Assembly: GCA_902806405.1 (NCBI GenBank)
Contig: CADCWL010000001.1
Coordinates: forward strand, 96,029-160,028
DNA: 64,000 bases
Reading direction: 5' to 3'
From: an uncultured Thermomicrobiales bacterium
GTDB taxonomy: Bacteria; Chloroflexota; Chloroflexia; Thermomicrobiales; UBA6265
The notes under the pieces are model-generated. The model was not told where the DNA came from. It saw nothing but the letters and a program-made list of their open reading frames with translations, and did no database searches. The translations under genes and the position numbers were made by a program. This document shows positions 51,751 to 60,735 of this stretch, one piece after another (within the stretch, counting starts at the first letter, position 1; every line of letters begins with the position of its first letter).

Positions 51751-52671
51751 CTAACTGACGAGCGCCCGGCCAGACGGCAACGCCACGGATCCCTCCTCGG
51801 CGTCGGGCCATGCATAGCGTTCCGGCCGGCGGTTGGCCAGGGACGGAATCTGGCGCCGGACCTGTCGCAGCAGCGCGCGATCCAGGTCGGCCGTGACGAC
51901 CGTTTCGGCGTCGGGCGCCGTGGCCAGCACCGTGCCCCACGGGTCGACGATCATCGACCGGCCATAACACCAATTTCCAGGCGGGTGAACCCCGACCTGC
52001 GCCGGCGCGACCATGAAGACGGCATTCTCGATCGCGCGGGCGCGAATCAGCGTCTCCCAGTGGTCCTTGCCGGTGGTCATCGTGAAGGCCGCGGGCAGCA
52101 GGATCACCTCGGCACCCCGCAGCGCCAAGATCCTGAACAGCTCCGGAAAGCGGAGGTCGTAGCAGATCGAAAGGCCGACCGGCGTTCCATCGACGTCGAG
52201 GACGACCAGCTCGTCACCGGGCGAAACGGTCTCCGACTCCTGGTAGCTGGCGACGCCGTCCAGGACCACGTCGTACATGTGGATCTTGCGGTAGCGGGCG
52301 GCGATGTCGCCGTCGGGATCGATCACGACGGAGGTGTTGTAGAGCCGGGGATCGTCGGGCGAGGTCTCGTGGACGCTTCCCGCGTGGAGAAAGACCCCGT
52401 GGCGCCGGGCACGGTCCGCAAGACGATCGATCGTCGGCCCCGGGATCGGCTCGGCATTGGGGCGGTTGCCGGCATCCGGCCCGAGGTAGGGCCAGACCTC
52501 GGGCAGGGCGATAAGACGGGCCCCGGAGGCCGCGGCGCGGTCGATAAGCGACAGCGCGGTCTCGACATTCGCCGCCTTGTCGTCCCCGGAGTTCATCTGG
52601 ATCGCGGCCACCCGGAGCTGATCCCCGCGACCGGCAGGGGGCAACATCGCGTAGCTGGAGCTCGTGCTCAC
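51751..52671 (-). CDS. Carbon-nitrogen hydrolase family protein (Nit/amidohydrolase)
   Basis: Start GTG 52671, 6 nt after GAGGAGGA. LRVAAIQMN...ALPEVW (Glu), YRKIHMYD (Lys), GLSICYDLRFPE (Cys) catalytic triad context. Confidence 0.88.
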   Translation of the reverse strand: MSTSSSYAMLPPAGRGDQLRVAAIQMNSGDDKAANVETALSLIDRAAASGARLIALPEVWPYLGPDAGNRPNAEPIPGPTIDRLADRARRHGVFLHAGSVHETSPDDPRLYNTSVVIDPDGDIAARYRKIHMYDVVLDGVASYQESETVSPGDELVVLDVDGTPVGLSICYDLRFPELFRILALRGAEVILLPAAFTMTTGKDHWETLIRARAIENAVFMVAPAQVGVHPPGNWCYGRSMIVDPWGTVLATAPDAETVVTADLDRALLRQVRRQIPSLANRRPERYAWPDAEEGSVALPSGRALVS

Positions 52672-52772
52672 GGCGGATCCTCCTCGACCCGGGCGACGGC
52701 GACGGCGCCCGAACCGGCCGGGCATCGGCCGGATGATAGCACGTGCCCTCCCCGCCCCCGCGGCCGTCGGAC

Positions 52773-52940
52773 CTACCCCATCGCCCAGCGGACGGCGCTC
52801 CCGACGCAGAGCAGGAGCAGCAGGGCGACGGCGATGAGCACGATCGCGAGGCACGAGCGCCCGGCGGAGGCGACCTCCCCCGCCTCCGCCGGGACCGGGG
52901 GCGCGAGCCCGTTCGGCGCATCGGGCCGCGGCGCGCTCAC
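52773..52940 (-). CDS. Small (55 aa) single-pass membrane protein, translationally coupled to the pgsA-like gene
   Basis: GTG 52940 forms a GTGA overlap with the pgsA-like stop (52937-52939). VSAPRPDAPNGLAPPVPAEAGEVASAGRS-CLAIVLIAVALLLLLCVGSAV-RWAMG. Nearly every codon ends in G or C. Confidence 0.5.
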   Translation of the reverse strand: MSAPRPDAPNGLAPPVPAEAGEVASAGRSCLAIVLIAVALLLLLCVGSAVRWAMG

Positions 52941-53590
52941 CGCCGCTCGGGGTTCGGCGCGGACGCGGCCGGCACGGGAGGGGTCGGGCGCGACGCGGCA
53001 TCGCTCGCCTCGACGGCGGCAAGGCGCTGGACGTGGAGGATGCGGGTCAGGGCCGTGAGGTGGGTGGTGATCGCGAGGAACCAGAGCGCCCAGAGGGGTC
53101 GGTCGATGAGGAGGCACACCGCCAGCAGCACCACCCGCTCCGGGCGGGCAACCAGGCCGACCGAGGCGCCGTACCCGGCCGCCTCGGCCCGCGCCCGCGC
53201 GTAGCTGATCAGCAGCGCCCCAACCGTGGCCACGAAGACGAGGATGGCCCCCACGTCGGCGTCGTCCGTACCGAGCAGGTAGACCAGCACCCCCCCGAAG
53301 ACCACCGCCTCCGAGTAGCGGTCGAGGGTGGAGTCGAGAAAGCCGCCGAAGCGGGTGATCGTGCCCGTCGCGCGGGCGACGGCGCCGTCGAGCATGTCGA
53401 AGGCGCTAGCGACCATCAGCAGGCCACCTCCCCAACGGGGATGCCCGAAGGCGATCACCAGCGCCACGGCCACGTTCAACAAGAGGCCGACCACGGTCAG
53501 GATGTTGGCCGTCAAGCCGATCGCAGCCAGCGCCCGGCCCAAGCCGAGCAGCGAGCCGCGGATTCGCATGCCGATGGCTTCCGATATCAC
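52937..53590 (-). CDS. CDP-alcohol phosphatidyltransferase (PgsA / phosphatidylinositol-phosphate-synthase-like)
   Basis: DMLDGAVARATGTITRFGGFLDSTLDRYSE, which is the D-G-x2-A-R-x8-G-x3-D-x3-D signature. 5-6 TM helices. Confidence 0.88.
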   Translation of the reverse strand: MISEAIGMRIRGSLLGLGRALAAIGLTANILTVVGLLLNVAVALVIAFGHPRWGGGLLMVASAFDMLDGAVARATGTITRFGGFLDSTLDRYSEAVVFGGVLVYLLGTDDADVGAILVFVATVGALLISYARARAEAAGYGASVGLVARPERVVLLAVCLLIDRPLWALWFLAITTHLTALTRILHVQRLAAVEASDAASRPTPPVPAASAPNPERR

Positions 53591-53756
53591 GCGGCGTCCC
53601 CCGCGGTGCCAACCTCACTCCGGCCGTGGACACCGCCACGGTGGCGCCGGGCACCGCATGTCCAACTCCGCCGTTCCCGCTGGAGGTGATGGCCCACGAC
53701 GGCTCCCCTCTCCCACACCAGCGGTCGATCACGGGTGGACAGGGTGGGGGCCGCCA

Positions 53757-54902
53757 TCAGGCGAACCCCCGCCGCCACGGCGCTTCGATCGCTCCGCGAG
53801 CGGCCCGTTCGTAGACCTCGAGGATCCGCTCGGCGATGTGTGGCCAAGCATAGCGTTCGGCGGTAAGCCGGCCGTTGGTGCCCAAGCGTTGGCGACGCTC
53901 GCGGTCCGCCAGCAGCCTGACCAGCGCGAGGGCCAGCGACGGTGGATTCTTCGGGGGGACAAGCACCCCATCGTGCCCGTCCGTGATCACGCTCGCGTAG
54001 CCCGGAATATCGGCCGCCACGGTCGGCTTCCCAGACGCCATCGCCTCCAGGAGTACGATGCCAAGGCTCTCGCCCCGTACCGAAGGAGCGCAAAAGACGT
54101 CGCAACTCGCGTAGTAGCGCGGCTTGTCGCTGTCCGCTACGTACCCGACGAAATCGACGTTGCGCACCCCGTACCGCTCCATCAGACCGGCGAAACGGTC
54201 CCGGTTGCCCGTGCCGGCGACGAGCAGGCGCGCGTCCGGGAACTCTTGGCACACCATCGCCATCGCCTGCAGGAGGTACTTGAAGCCCTTTCGCGGCTCC
54301 GCAAAGCGGCCGACGAAGAGGATGCGAGGGACGCCATCGGTGGCCCACGAAAATGGCTCCACATGGGAGCCGTACCGGTCGATATCGATCCCGTTGGGGA
54401 TGATCTCGTATGGACCCTCGAAATACTGACTCACCAGTTCCCGGGCCGGCTCGGAGACAGCGATCCGGCCGTCGAGGCGGGAAAGGACGAACGCCATGTA
54501 CGGCTTGAAGGCCGTGTACCAAGGGTTGGAAACGCGGAATGCATGGAACGTCGCGACGTTCACCGCCTGCGAGTTCAGGAGAACCATGTAGGGCAGGACC
54601 GGGATCAACGGCTCGTGCAGATGGACGACGTCGAAACGCTCGCGCCGCATCAACGACTTGACTTCCGCGTAGAGGGTGACGTCGAACGTCAACCGGATCA
54701 TGCTCCCGTTGCCGGGCACGGTCACGGTCCGACCAATCCCGTAGAAGCCTTCCCGGACCTCGAGCCCGCCCCTGCGGGCGCGGGGGGCGATGACGACGAC
54801 CGCATGGCCGAGACGCCGGAATTCATCCCGAAGGCGGGCAACATGCTCGGGAACCCCGCCCGGATGGGCAAAATCGTACGGGGTCACGAGCGCGATTTTC
54901 AC
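53757..54902 (-). CDS. GT4-family glycosyltransferase (PimA-like)
   Basis: Start GTG 54902 (VKIALVTPYDFAHPGGVPEHV). GRFAEPRKGFKYLL and SVRGESLGIVLLEAMASGKPTVAADIPGYASVI (E-x7-E). The 172-aa N-terminal extension in the ORF track is rejected. Confidence 0.85.
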   Translation of the reverse strand: MKIALVTPYDFAHPGGVPEHVARLRDEFRRLGHAVVVIAPRARRGGLEVREGFYGIGRTVTVPGNGSMIRLTFDVTLYAEVKSLMRRERFDVVHLHEPLIPVLPYMVLLNSQAVNVATFHAFRVSNPWYTAFKPYMAFVLSRLDGRIAVSEPARELVSQYFEGPYEIIPNGIDIDRYGSHVEPFSWATDGVPRILFVGRFAEPRKGFKYLLQAMAMVCQEFPDARLLVAGTGNRDRFAGLMERYGVRNVDFVGYVADSDKPRYYASCDVFCAPSVRGESLGIVLLEAMASGKPTVAADIPGYASVITDGHDGVLVPPKNPPSLALALVRLLADRERRQRLGTNGRLTAERYAWPHIAERILEVYERAARGAIEAPWRRGFA

Positions 54903-55060
54903 GCCAAACCCCGCCCCGTCGACCGCGTCTCCGGCAGCGTCGGACGCCGGCGCGCGAGAAGCATATCGCCCGCCGCGCGCTCGATCACCGCACCACCGAT
55001 CCCGCTCGCTCCCCACGCTACCCGGGACGGATGATAGCAGACGGGTTCGGGCGGAGACGG

Positions 55061-55849
55061 CTACGGGGGCGGCATCCGCGTCCCGGCGCTCGCGACCGTC
55101 AGTCCGTCGAAGGCCACCTCGATCCCGGCGGGCAGGAGAGCGGTCGCCGCCGCGTGGCCCAGTTCGTGGGAGAGGTGGGTCAGGTAGGCGGCGCGCGGCC
55201 GCAGTTTCCGCACAATAGCCACCGCCTCCGGCAGGCTGAGATGGGTCGGATGGGGCCGCTCCCGCAAGGCGTTGAGGACGAGCACGTCGAGGCCTTCGAG
55301 CAACGCCAGGGACGAGTCGAGGATCGTCTTCGCGTCCGTCACGTAGGCGAGATCCCCGAAGCGGTAGCCGAGGATGGGGAGGCGACCGTGGAAGACGGGG
55401 ATCGGCACCACCTTGCACCCGTCGAGGTCGAACGGACCGTCGACGGGGTGCAGCGTCAGGTCCGGTTTGCCGCCGTAGAAGGCGTACTGGTCCGCGAAGG
55501 TGTAGGCAAACCGGTCCGCGAGCACGGCCGCTGTGCCGGGGTCGGCGAAGACCGGCAGGTGACGACCCTGCAGCTCGTTGAACCGCCTGAGGTCGTCGAA
55601 CCCGCCGGTGTGGTCGGCATGGGGGTGCGTCATCAGGACCGCATCCACCCGGCGCAGCCCGACCGCGAGCGCCTGCAACCGGAGCTCCGTCGCGGTGTCG
55701 ATGAGGAAGGCCCGCTCGCCGACGTGGACAACGGCCGAGGAGCGGGACCGGCGATCACGGGGGTCGGACGAGCGGCAGACGGCGCAGTCGCAGCCGATGA
55801 CGGGGATGCCGTTCGACGTCCCCGTGCCGAGGAAGGTCAGTTGGGGCAT
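55061..55849 (-). CDS. MBL-fold metallo-hydrolase (PhnP/RNase-Z-like)
   Basis: Start ATG 55849. LTFLGTGTSNGIPVIGCDCAVC and LMTHPHADHTGG (HxHxDH) motifs. Confidence 0.85.
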   Translation of the reverse strand: MPQLTFLGTGTSNGIPVIGCDCAVCRSSDPRDRRSRSSAVVHVGERAFLIDTATELRLQALAVGLRRVDAVLMTHPHADHTGGFDDLRRFNELQGRHLPVFADPGTAAVLADRFAYTFADQYAFYGGKPDLTLHPVDGPFDLDGCKVVPIPVFHGRLPILGYRFGDLAYVTDAKTILDSSLALLEGLDVLVLNALRERPHPTHLSLPEAVAIVRKLRPRAAYLTHLSHELGHAAATALLPAGIEVAFDGLTVASAGTRMPPP

Positions 55850-56033
55850 GATGGGACCGACTCGAACCTTTCGGGGGAGAACCTGGGGGAGGGGCGGGTG
55901 TGCGCGAGCGACGCTCAACCGGCGTCCCTCCGGACGCGGCACGGCGGGGCAGTATAACGGGAAGCCAACCTCCCGAGACGGCGCCGCCCGCAGCCGCCTG
56001 CAGAACCGGGCGGGGCGCTAAGGAGGGACCCGG

Positions 56034-57008
56034 ATGCCGACCGTTGCGCCGCCCGCGGCCGCGAACGTCCTCGAGCTCATCGGCGGCACGCCCGCCATCT
56101 TCCTCGACCGCTTGGGCTCGGGTGTGCCGGGACGCGTGCTGCTGAAGCTGGAGTCCGCCAACCCGGGGGGCAGCGTCAAGGATCGGGTGGCGGCGCGGTG
56201 CATCGCCGACGCCGAGGCGCGCGGCGAGCTGCGCCCCGGCCGGCCGGTGGTGGAGTTGACAAGCGGCAACATGGGGATCGGTCTGGCAATCGCCTGCGCT
56301 GTGAAGGGGTACCGACTGGTCGCCGTGATGAGCAGCGGCAACAGCTCGGAGCGTCGGCAGCAGTTGGCGGCGTACGGGGCGGAGGTGGTCCTCGTGCCGC
56401 AGGCGGCGGGAGGGGTTCCGGGGAAGGTCACCGGCGCGGACCTGGCGCTCGTCGAGGCGCGCACCCGGGAGCTGGTGCGGGAGTTGGACGGGTGGCGGCC
56501 CGACCAATTCGCCAACCCGTCGAACACCTCGGCGCACGAGGCGACGACCGGACCGGAGCTCTGGGCGCAGGCGAGAACGGAGGGGGGACCGCTTCGAGCG
56601 TTCGTCGCGATCGTCGGCACGGGGGGCACCTTCGTCGGTGTCGCCCGCGCTTTGAAGGTCCGCGAACCAACCATCCGCTGCCTTGCGGTGGAACCGGTCG
56701 GCGCCTCCGTCCTCGCCGGTCGGCCCATCACCAACCCGGGGCACAAGCTGCAGGGAGCCGGCTACGCCTTTGTTCCGCCCGCCTGGCAGCCGTCGCTCTG
56801 CGACGGAACGGTCGCGATCGGGGACGAGGAGGCCACCGCGACGGCCCGGGAGCTCGCCCGCCGGGAGGGGGTCCTCGGCGGCTTCTCGACCGGCGCCAAC
56901 GTGGCCGCCGCCCTCCGCCTGGCTCGCGAGGTCGAGGCCGGGGCGGTGATTGCCACGATCGCCTGCGACACGGGGTTGCGCTACCTCAGCACCGACCTCT
57001 ACGGGTGA
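56034..57008 (+). CDS. cysK: Cysteine synthase (O-acetylserine sulfhydrylase, PLP-dependent)
   Basis: LESANPGGSVKDRVA (PLP Lys), TSGNMGIGLA, GTGGTFVGV motifs. Strong SD TAAGGAGGGA. Confidence 0.92.
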   Translation: MPTVAPPAAANVLELIGGTPAIFLDRLGSGVPGRVLLKLESANPGGSVKDRVAARCIADAEARGELRPGRPVVELTSGNMGIGLAIACAVKGYRLVAVMSSGNSSERRQQLAAYGAEVVLVPQAAGGVPGKVTGADLALVEARTRELVRELDGWRPDQFANPSNTSAHEATTGPELWAQARTEGGPLRAFVAIVGTGGTFVGVARALKVREPTIRCLAVEPVGASVLAGRPITNPGHKLQGAGYAFVPPAWQPSLCDGTVAIGDEEATATARELARREGVLGGFSTGANVAAALRLAREVEAGAVIATIACDTGLRYLSTDLYG

Positions 57009-57111
57009 GCAGGCGCCCAATCGTGGCTCGCGCCCCCACCATTGGGGCAACGGCGGAGTCGCCGGATTGGACGCCCGCACGACGCCACCACACCGTTCAC
57101 GGGCCTTCTGC

Positions 57112-57146
57112 AAAAGGGGAGGAGCGGCAAGCGGCCGCTCCTCCCC
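57112..57146 (-). terminator. Rho-independent terminator of the 57175-57909 gene
   Basis: GGGGAGGAGCGGC-aagcg-GCCGCTCCTCCCC (13-bp perfect stem). The minus strand reads the stem followed by TTTTGCAG. Confidence 0.75.
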
Positions 57147-57174
57147 CACGTCGGTCGTCGAACCCACCGGCCGT

Positions 57175-57909
57175 TTATGAGGTTCGCAACGCGTCCTTGC
57201 CAACGCTAAGGCGCACCCCGTCGCCGGAGACGGTTGCGATCTCGTCGGCGGCGGCATAGCGGTCCCGGCTGAACAGCCCCTTGCCGTCTATCTTGACGAA
57301 ACCGACCCGGCGCAGATCCGCGGCGAAGGACTCCGGAAGGTCCAGACCGCCGCCGCCGTAGGCGGTGATGCCGCCCCCGGCCCCGCCCATGCCACCGCCG
57401 CTACCACCAGCCAGACCAGCCGGGGCGGCGGCGAGGCCGCCGCCGCCGCCATCGCCCGCATCCTGGCCCATGGTGGTCACGGCCGACGGATCGCCCATTT
57501 GGACCTGATCGACGGTGCCGATCTCCTCGCCCGCGGCATCGAAGACCGTCATCCCTTCCCGGACGAGCGTGATCGGTCCCGTCGCCGCCGTCTCCGCCAT
57601 CGTCCCGGCGGAGGTGTTGTCCGTCGACATAGAGAGGGCATCGGCGGCGCCGGTGGCTCCGGCGTCCATCGTGCCGACCGGCACCGTCTCCGTCGTCACC
57701 ACCTCCGTCGTCGTCACCTGCGTCGTGGCATCCGAGATCGTCTCTCCCACGGTGGCGCTCGTGCCCGCTGCAGCGCCGCCCGCTACGCTCCCTTCGTATT
57801 CCACGAGGCCGTCGCGCCGGTTGATCCGGTCCTCGATGATCAGGTTGCCGTCCCGGACCATCTCCTCGCCCGTGGCGGCCGCGTCGTCGCGATCGGTATC
57901 CCGTGCCAT
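57175..57909 (-). CDS. Hypothetical protein, PRC-barrel/DUF2171-like segments split by Thr- and Gly-rich low-complexity tracts
   Basis: Start ATG 57909, 7 nt after GAGGAGG. REGMTVFDAAGEEIGTVDQVQMGD and FVKIDGKGLFSRDRYAAADEIATVSGDGVRLSV resemble PRC-barrel halves. GGGGGLAAAPAGLAGGSGGGMGGAGGG lies between them. Confidence 0.45.
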   Translation of the reverse strand: MARDTDRDDAAATGEEMVRDGNLIIEDRINRRDGLVEYEGSVAGGAAAGTSATVGETISDATTQVTTTEVVTTETVPVGTMDAGATGAADALSMSTDNTSAGTMAETAATGPITLVREGMTVFDAAGEEIGTVDQVQMGDPSAVTTMGQDAGDGGGGGLAAAPAGLAGGSGGGMGGAGGGITAYGGGGLDLPESFAADLRRVGFVKIDGKGLFSRDRYAAADEIATVSGDGVRLSVGKDALRTS

Positions 57910-58024
57910 GGGGCTGCCTCCTCTGCCGTTGATAACGCCGCACGCTCCGCGCACCGCGGTCGCTCGCTCCGTCGCGGCGTTCCGGTGCTGGAGGGCTGCA
58001 AGCGTTGTGCCAAGCGCTCGCCGC

Positions 58025-59023
58025 TCAGCGTCGCCGTGCCTGCAGGGCGACCAGCCCGCCGATCACCGAGCCGGCGAGCGCGAGGCGCCGCGCTGGGGGA
58101 TGGAGGCGGAGCCAGGTATCGAGGCTGAACCGGCGGCCGCCGTAGCCACCACCGGTGGTTGCCGGACCGGACGACGCCAGAACGAGATTGTCCGCCGCCG
58201 CCGCGTCCTTCGGCCGTTCCTCCTGCTGGAGGGGGTATGCGGCCAGCGCCAGCTGACGATCGAGCAGGCGGGGCGCCACCTTCTCCAAGACCGACAGAGC
58301 CGTGCTGGCCCCCCCCACCGGCAGATCGCGGACGGGGTGGGTGGCGGCGAAGAGGATCGCCTCGGCGACCAACTCCGGCGCGTAGACGGGCGGTACCGGA
58401 CTCGGCGCCGCGCCCGTCTTCGAGCGGGCGTGCCGGAAGAACGGGGTGTCGATCGAGGCGGGCTTGACGGTCGTCACCCGGACCGGGACGTTGCCGTGCT
58501 CCAGCTCCATCCGCAGCGCCTCGCCGAACCCGTTGAGGCCACGCTTTGCCGCGCAGTACGCGCTCTGCAGCGGCACCGCCCGGTCGCCGAGTCCCGACGA
58601 GACGTTGACGATCGTCCCGCCCTCCGGTTGCGTCCTCATTTGTGCCAGGGCGACTTTGGCGCCGTGGACCGGCCCCAGAAGGTCGACCTCGATCACCCGC
58701 CGAAACTCCGCGGGGTCGACGTCGGCGAGCTCGCCGTAGACCGAGATTCCCGCGCAGTTCACCCAGGTGTTGATCCGGCCGAAGCGGGCCACCGCGGCCA
58801 GCCCGAGCGCCTCCACCTGGCCGAAGTCCGCGACGTCGGCCGGCACCGTCAGCGCCTCACCGCCGGCGGTCTCGATCGCCTCGCGGACCGCCGTCAACGC
58901 CGCTTTGCCGCGGGCGGCCAGCACCACCCGTGCGCCGGCGTCGGCCGCCGCCAGCGCAGTGGCCCGCCCGATCCCGCTCGAGGCGCCGGTGATGACGATG
59001 ACTTGGTCGGCCAGGGATCGCAT
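58025..59023 (-). CDS. Short-chain dehydrogenase/reductase with C-terminal hydrophobic tail
   Basis: Start ATG 59023, 6 nt after AAGGAG. TGASSGIGRATA, NCAG, YCAAK catalytic motif. C-terminal LALAGSVIGGLVAL. Confidence 0.88.
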   Translation of the reverse strand: MRSLADQVIVITGASSGIGRATALAAADAGARVVLAARGKAALTAVREAIETAGGEALTVPADVADFGQVEALGLAAVARFGRINTWVNCAGISVYGELADVDPAEFRRVIEVDLLGPVHGAKVALAQMRTQPEGGTIVNVSSGLGDRAVPLQSAYCAAKRGLNGFGEALRMELEHGNVPVRVTTVKPASIDTPFFRHARSKTGAAPSPVPPVYAPELVAEAILFAATHPVRDLPVGGASTALSVLEKVAPRLLDRQLALAAYPLQQEERPKDAAAADNLVLASSGPATTGGGYGGRRFSLDTWLRLHPPARRLALAGSVIGGLVALQARRR

Positions 59024-59180
59024 CGATGTCTCCTTTGTCCCGCCGGTTGGCCCCGGCTGCGCGACGATGCCGGGGCGACGAACGACGATCGGAGCTGCCG
59101 TTGCATCGCAAGATCCGGGCATTGCCCGATGGCGAGGCGAAGCAGTCCGCCGCCAACGCCTCGCCGCGCCGTTCCTTACC

Positions 59181-59654
59181 TCACGCGGGGTCCGCGTCGC
59201 GGAGGCGCGCCACCGCCCCCGGCGGGTACGTCCGCCCGTCCAGGAGGTTCCGCGTCGAGCGGTAGATCGGGTCGGGCAATCGGTCCCACCGGAACCACCC
59301 GACCGCGTCGAGCTCCCCCGGGGCCGCCACATGGGCTTCCCCCGACGCGACCCGGGCGATCAGCCAGATGGTGACATTGTGCTTGCCGTCGGCGTGAACG
59401 TCGTTGGCGACCGCCACGTACGAAACGTCCTTGATCCGGACGCCGGTTTCCTCCCACGTCTCCCGCGCGGCGCACGCCTCGAAGCTCTCGCCCGGGTCGA
59501 GGTAGCCGCCCGGGGTCGCCCAACTGCCGGCACCGTGGTGAAGGCGGCGGACGAGCAGCACCTCGTCCCCCCGTCGCACCACCACGCCGACCCCCACACC
59601 GACGCCGGGGTGTCGCGCCGGTTCCCCGTCCGTCGCTCGCTCAACTTCTCCCAT
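59181..59654 (-). CDS. NUDIX hydrolase
   Basis: Nudix box GGYLDPGESFEACAARETWEETG. Start is ATG 59654 or 59675. The remainder of the 289-aa ORF is rejected. Confidence 0.85.
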   Translation of the reverse strand: MGEVERATDGEPARHPGVGVGVGVVVRRGDEVLLVRRLHHGAGSWATPGGYLDPGESFEACAARETWEETGVRIKDVSYVAVANDVHADGKHNVTIWLIARVASGEAHVAAPGELDAVGWFRWDRLPDPIYRSTRNLLDGRTYPPGAVARLRDADPA

Positions 59655-59814
59655 CCGCTCCTCCAAGCCATCCATTCGCCCTCGATTGCCGCCGGGTTGT
59701 CGTCCCACTTCCAGGACCACCCGCGGACGCGGTGCCATCGCTGGCACCTTATCTGCATCGCACGTGAGCAATTGGAGCGATCCGGTGGACATTCGCGGCG
59801 GGGAGACGAGCAAC

Positions 59815-60717
59815 GTGGCGCAGCAGAACCGTAGTGGAGCGAATGGGCGGGCGGCCATCGCTGCGCGGCCCGCACTCCCCCAGCAGGAATCGGAAGAGGG
59901 ACAGCGGCAGAAGGACACGGACGAAGAGCCGCAGCCGCTCGGGCAGGAGGCGCCGGAGATCATCGACGACGCGGCAGCGATCGGGAACAAACGCCTCGAC
60001 CGCTCCCTCGCCGGGGACGCCATGACCTCGCTGATCGGCGGCATGAGCATCTGCTTCGGCGTGGTCGCGATGGCGTGGGCTTCCGCCTCCTTCGGGGGCG
60101 CCGACGGTCCGTCCGTGGCGCACTTCGTCGGAGCTCTCGCCTATCCTGTCGGCTTCCTTATCCTCCTCCTCGGCAAGAGCGAGCTCTTTACCGAGAATTT
60201 CCTGCTGCCCGTGACGGCGGTCATCGAGCGCCGTGGTTCGATTCGTGGCCTCGGATCGCTCTGGGGGGTGACGCTGGTCTGCAACTTGATCGGCGCCCTC
60301 GTCTTCGCGTTTCTCGTCTCCCGTCCCGGTGTCCTGGACCGCGGCGCCGCCGACGATATCGTGGAGGCGGCCCACCACGTCGTCGATTACCCGTTCTGGA
60401 CCGCGTTCGTGAAGGCACTCTTCGCCGGTTGGCTGATGACGATCTTGACGTGGTTGCTACTCGCCGCGGACGGGCTCGGCCCGAAGATGGTCCTGATCTG
60501 GCTGATCGGGACGTTGATCATCCTGAGCGAGTCGACGCACATCATTATCTCCGGCGCCGAGGTCTTCATGGCCGCCCTCCTTGGATCGGACGTGACGATC
60601 GGCGCCTGGTTCGGCGGCTCGTTCGCCCCCATCCTGCTCGGCAACCTCGTCGGCGGCGTCGTCTTCGTCACCGTCCTCCAGTACGTCGAGGCCCAGTACG
60701 CGACACGCTCGCGGTAG
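59815..60717 (+). CDS. Formate/nitrite transporter (FNT) family channel
   Basis: GKSELFTENFLLP, six TM helices, LGNLVGGVVFVTVLQY. Start tentatively GTG 59815, 9 nt after GGGGAG. Confidence 0.82.
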   Translation: MAQQNRSGANGRAAIAARPALPQQESEEGQRQKDTDEEPQPLGQEAPEIIDDAAAIGNKRLDRSLAGDAMTSLIGGMSICFGVVAMAWASASFGGADGPSVAHFVGALAYPVGFLILLLGKSELFTENFLLPVTAVIERRGSIRGLGSLWGVTLVCNLIGALVFAFLVSRPGVLDRGAADDIVEAAHHVVDYPFWTAFVKALFAGWLMTILTWLLLAADGLGPKMVLIWLIGTLIILSESTHIIISGAEVFMAALLGSDVTIGAWFGGSFAPILLGNLVGGVVFVTVLQYVEAQYATRSR

Positions 60718-60735
60718 GCCAAGGCCGCGGACGAC

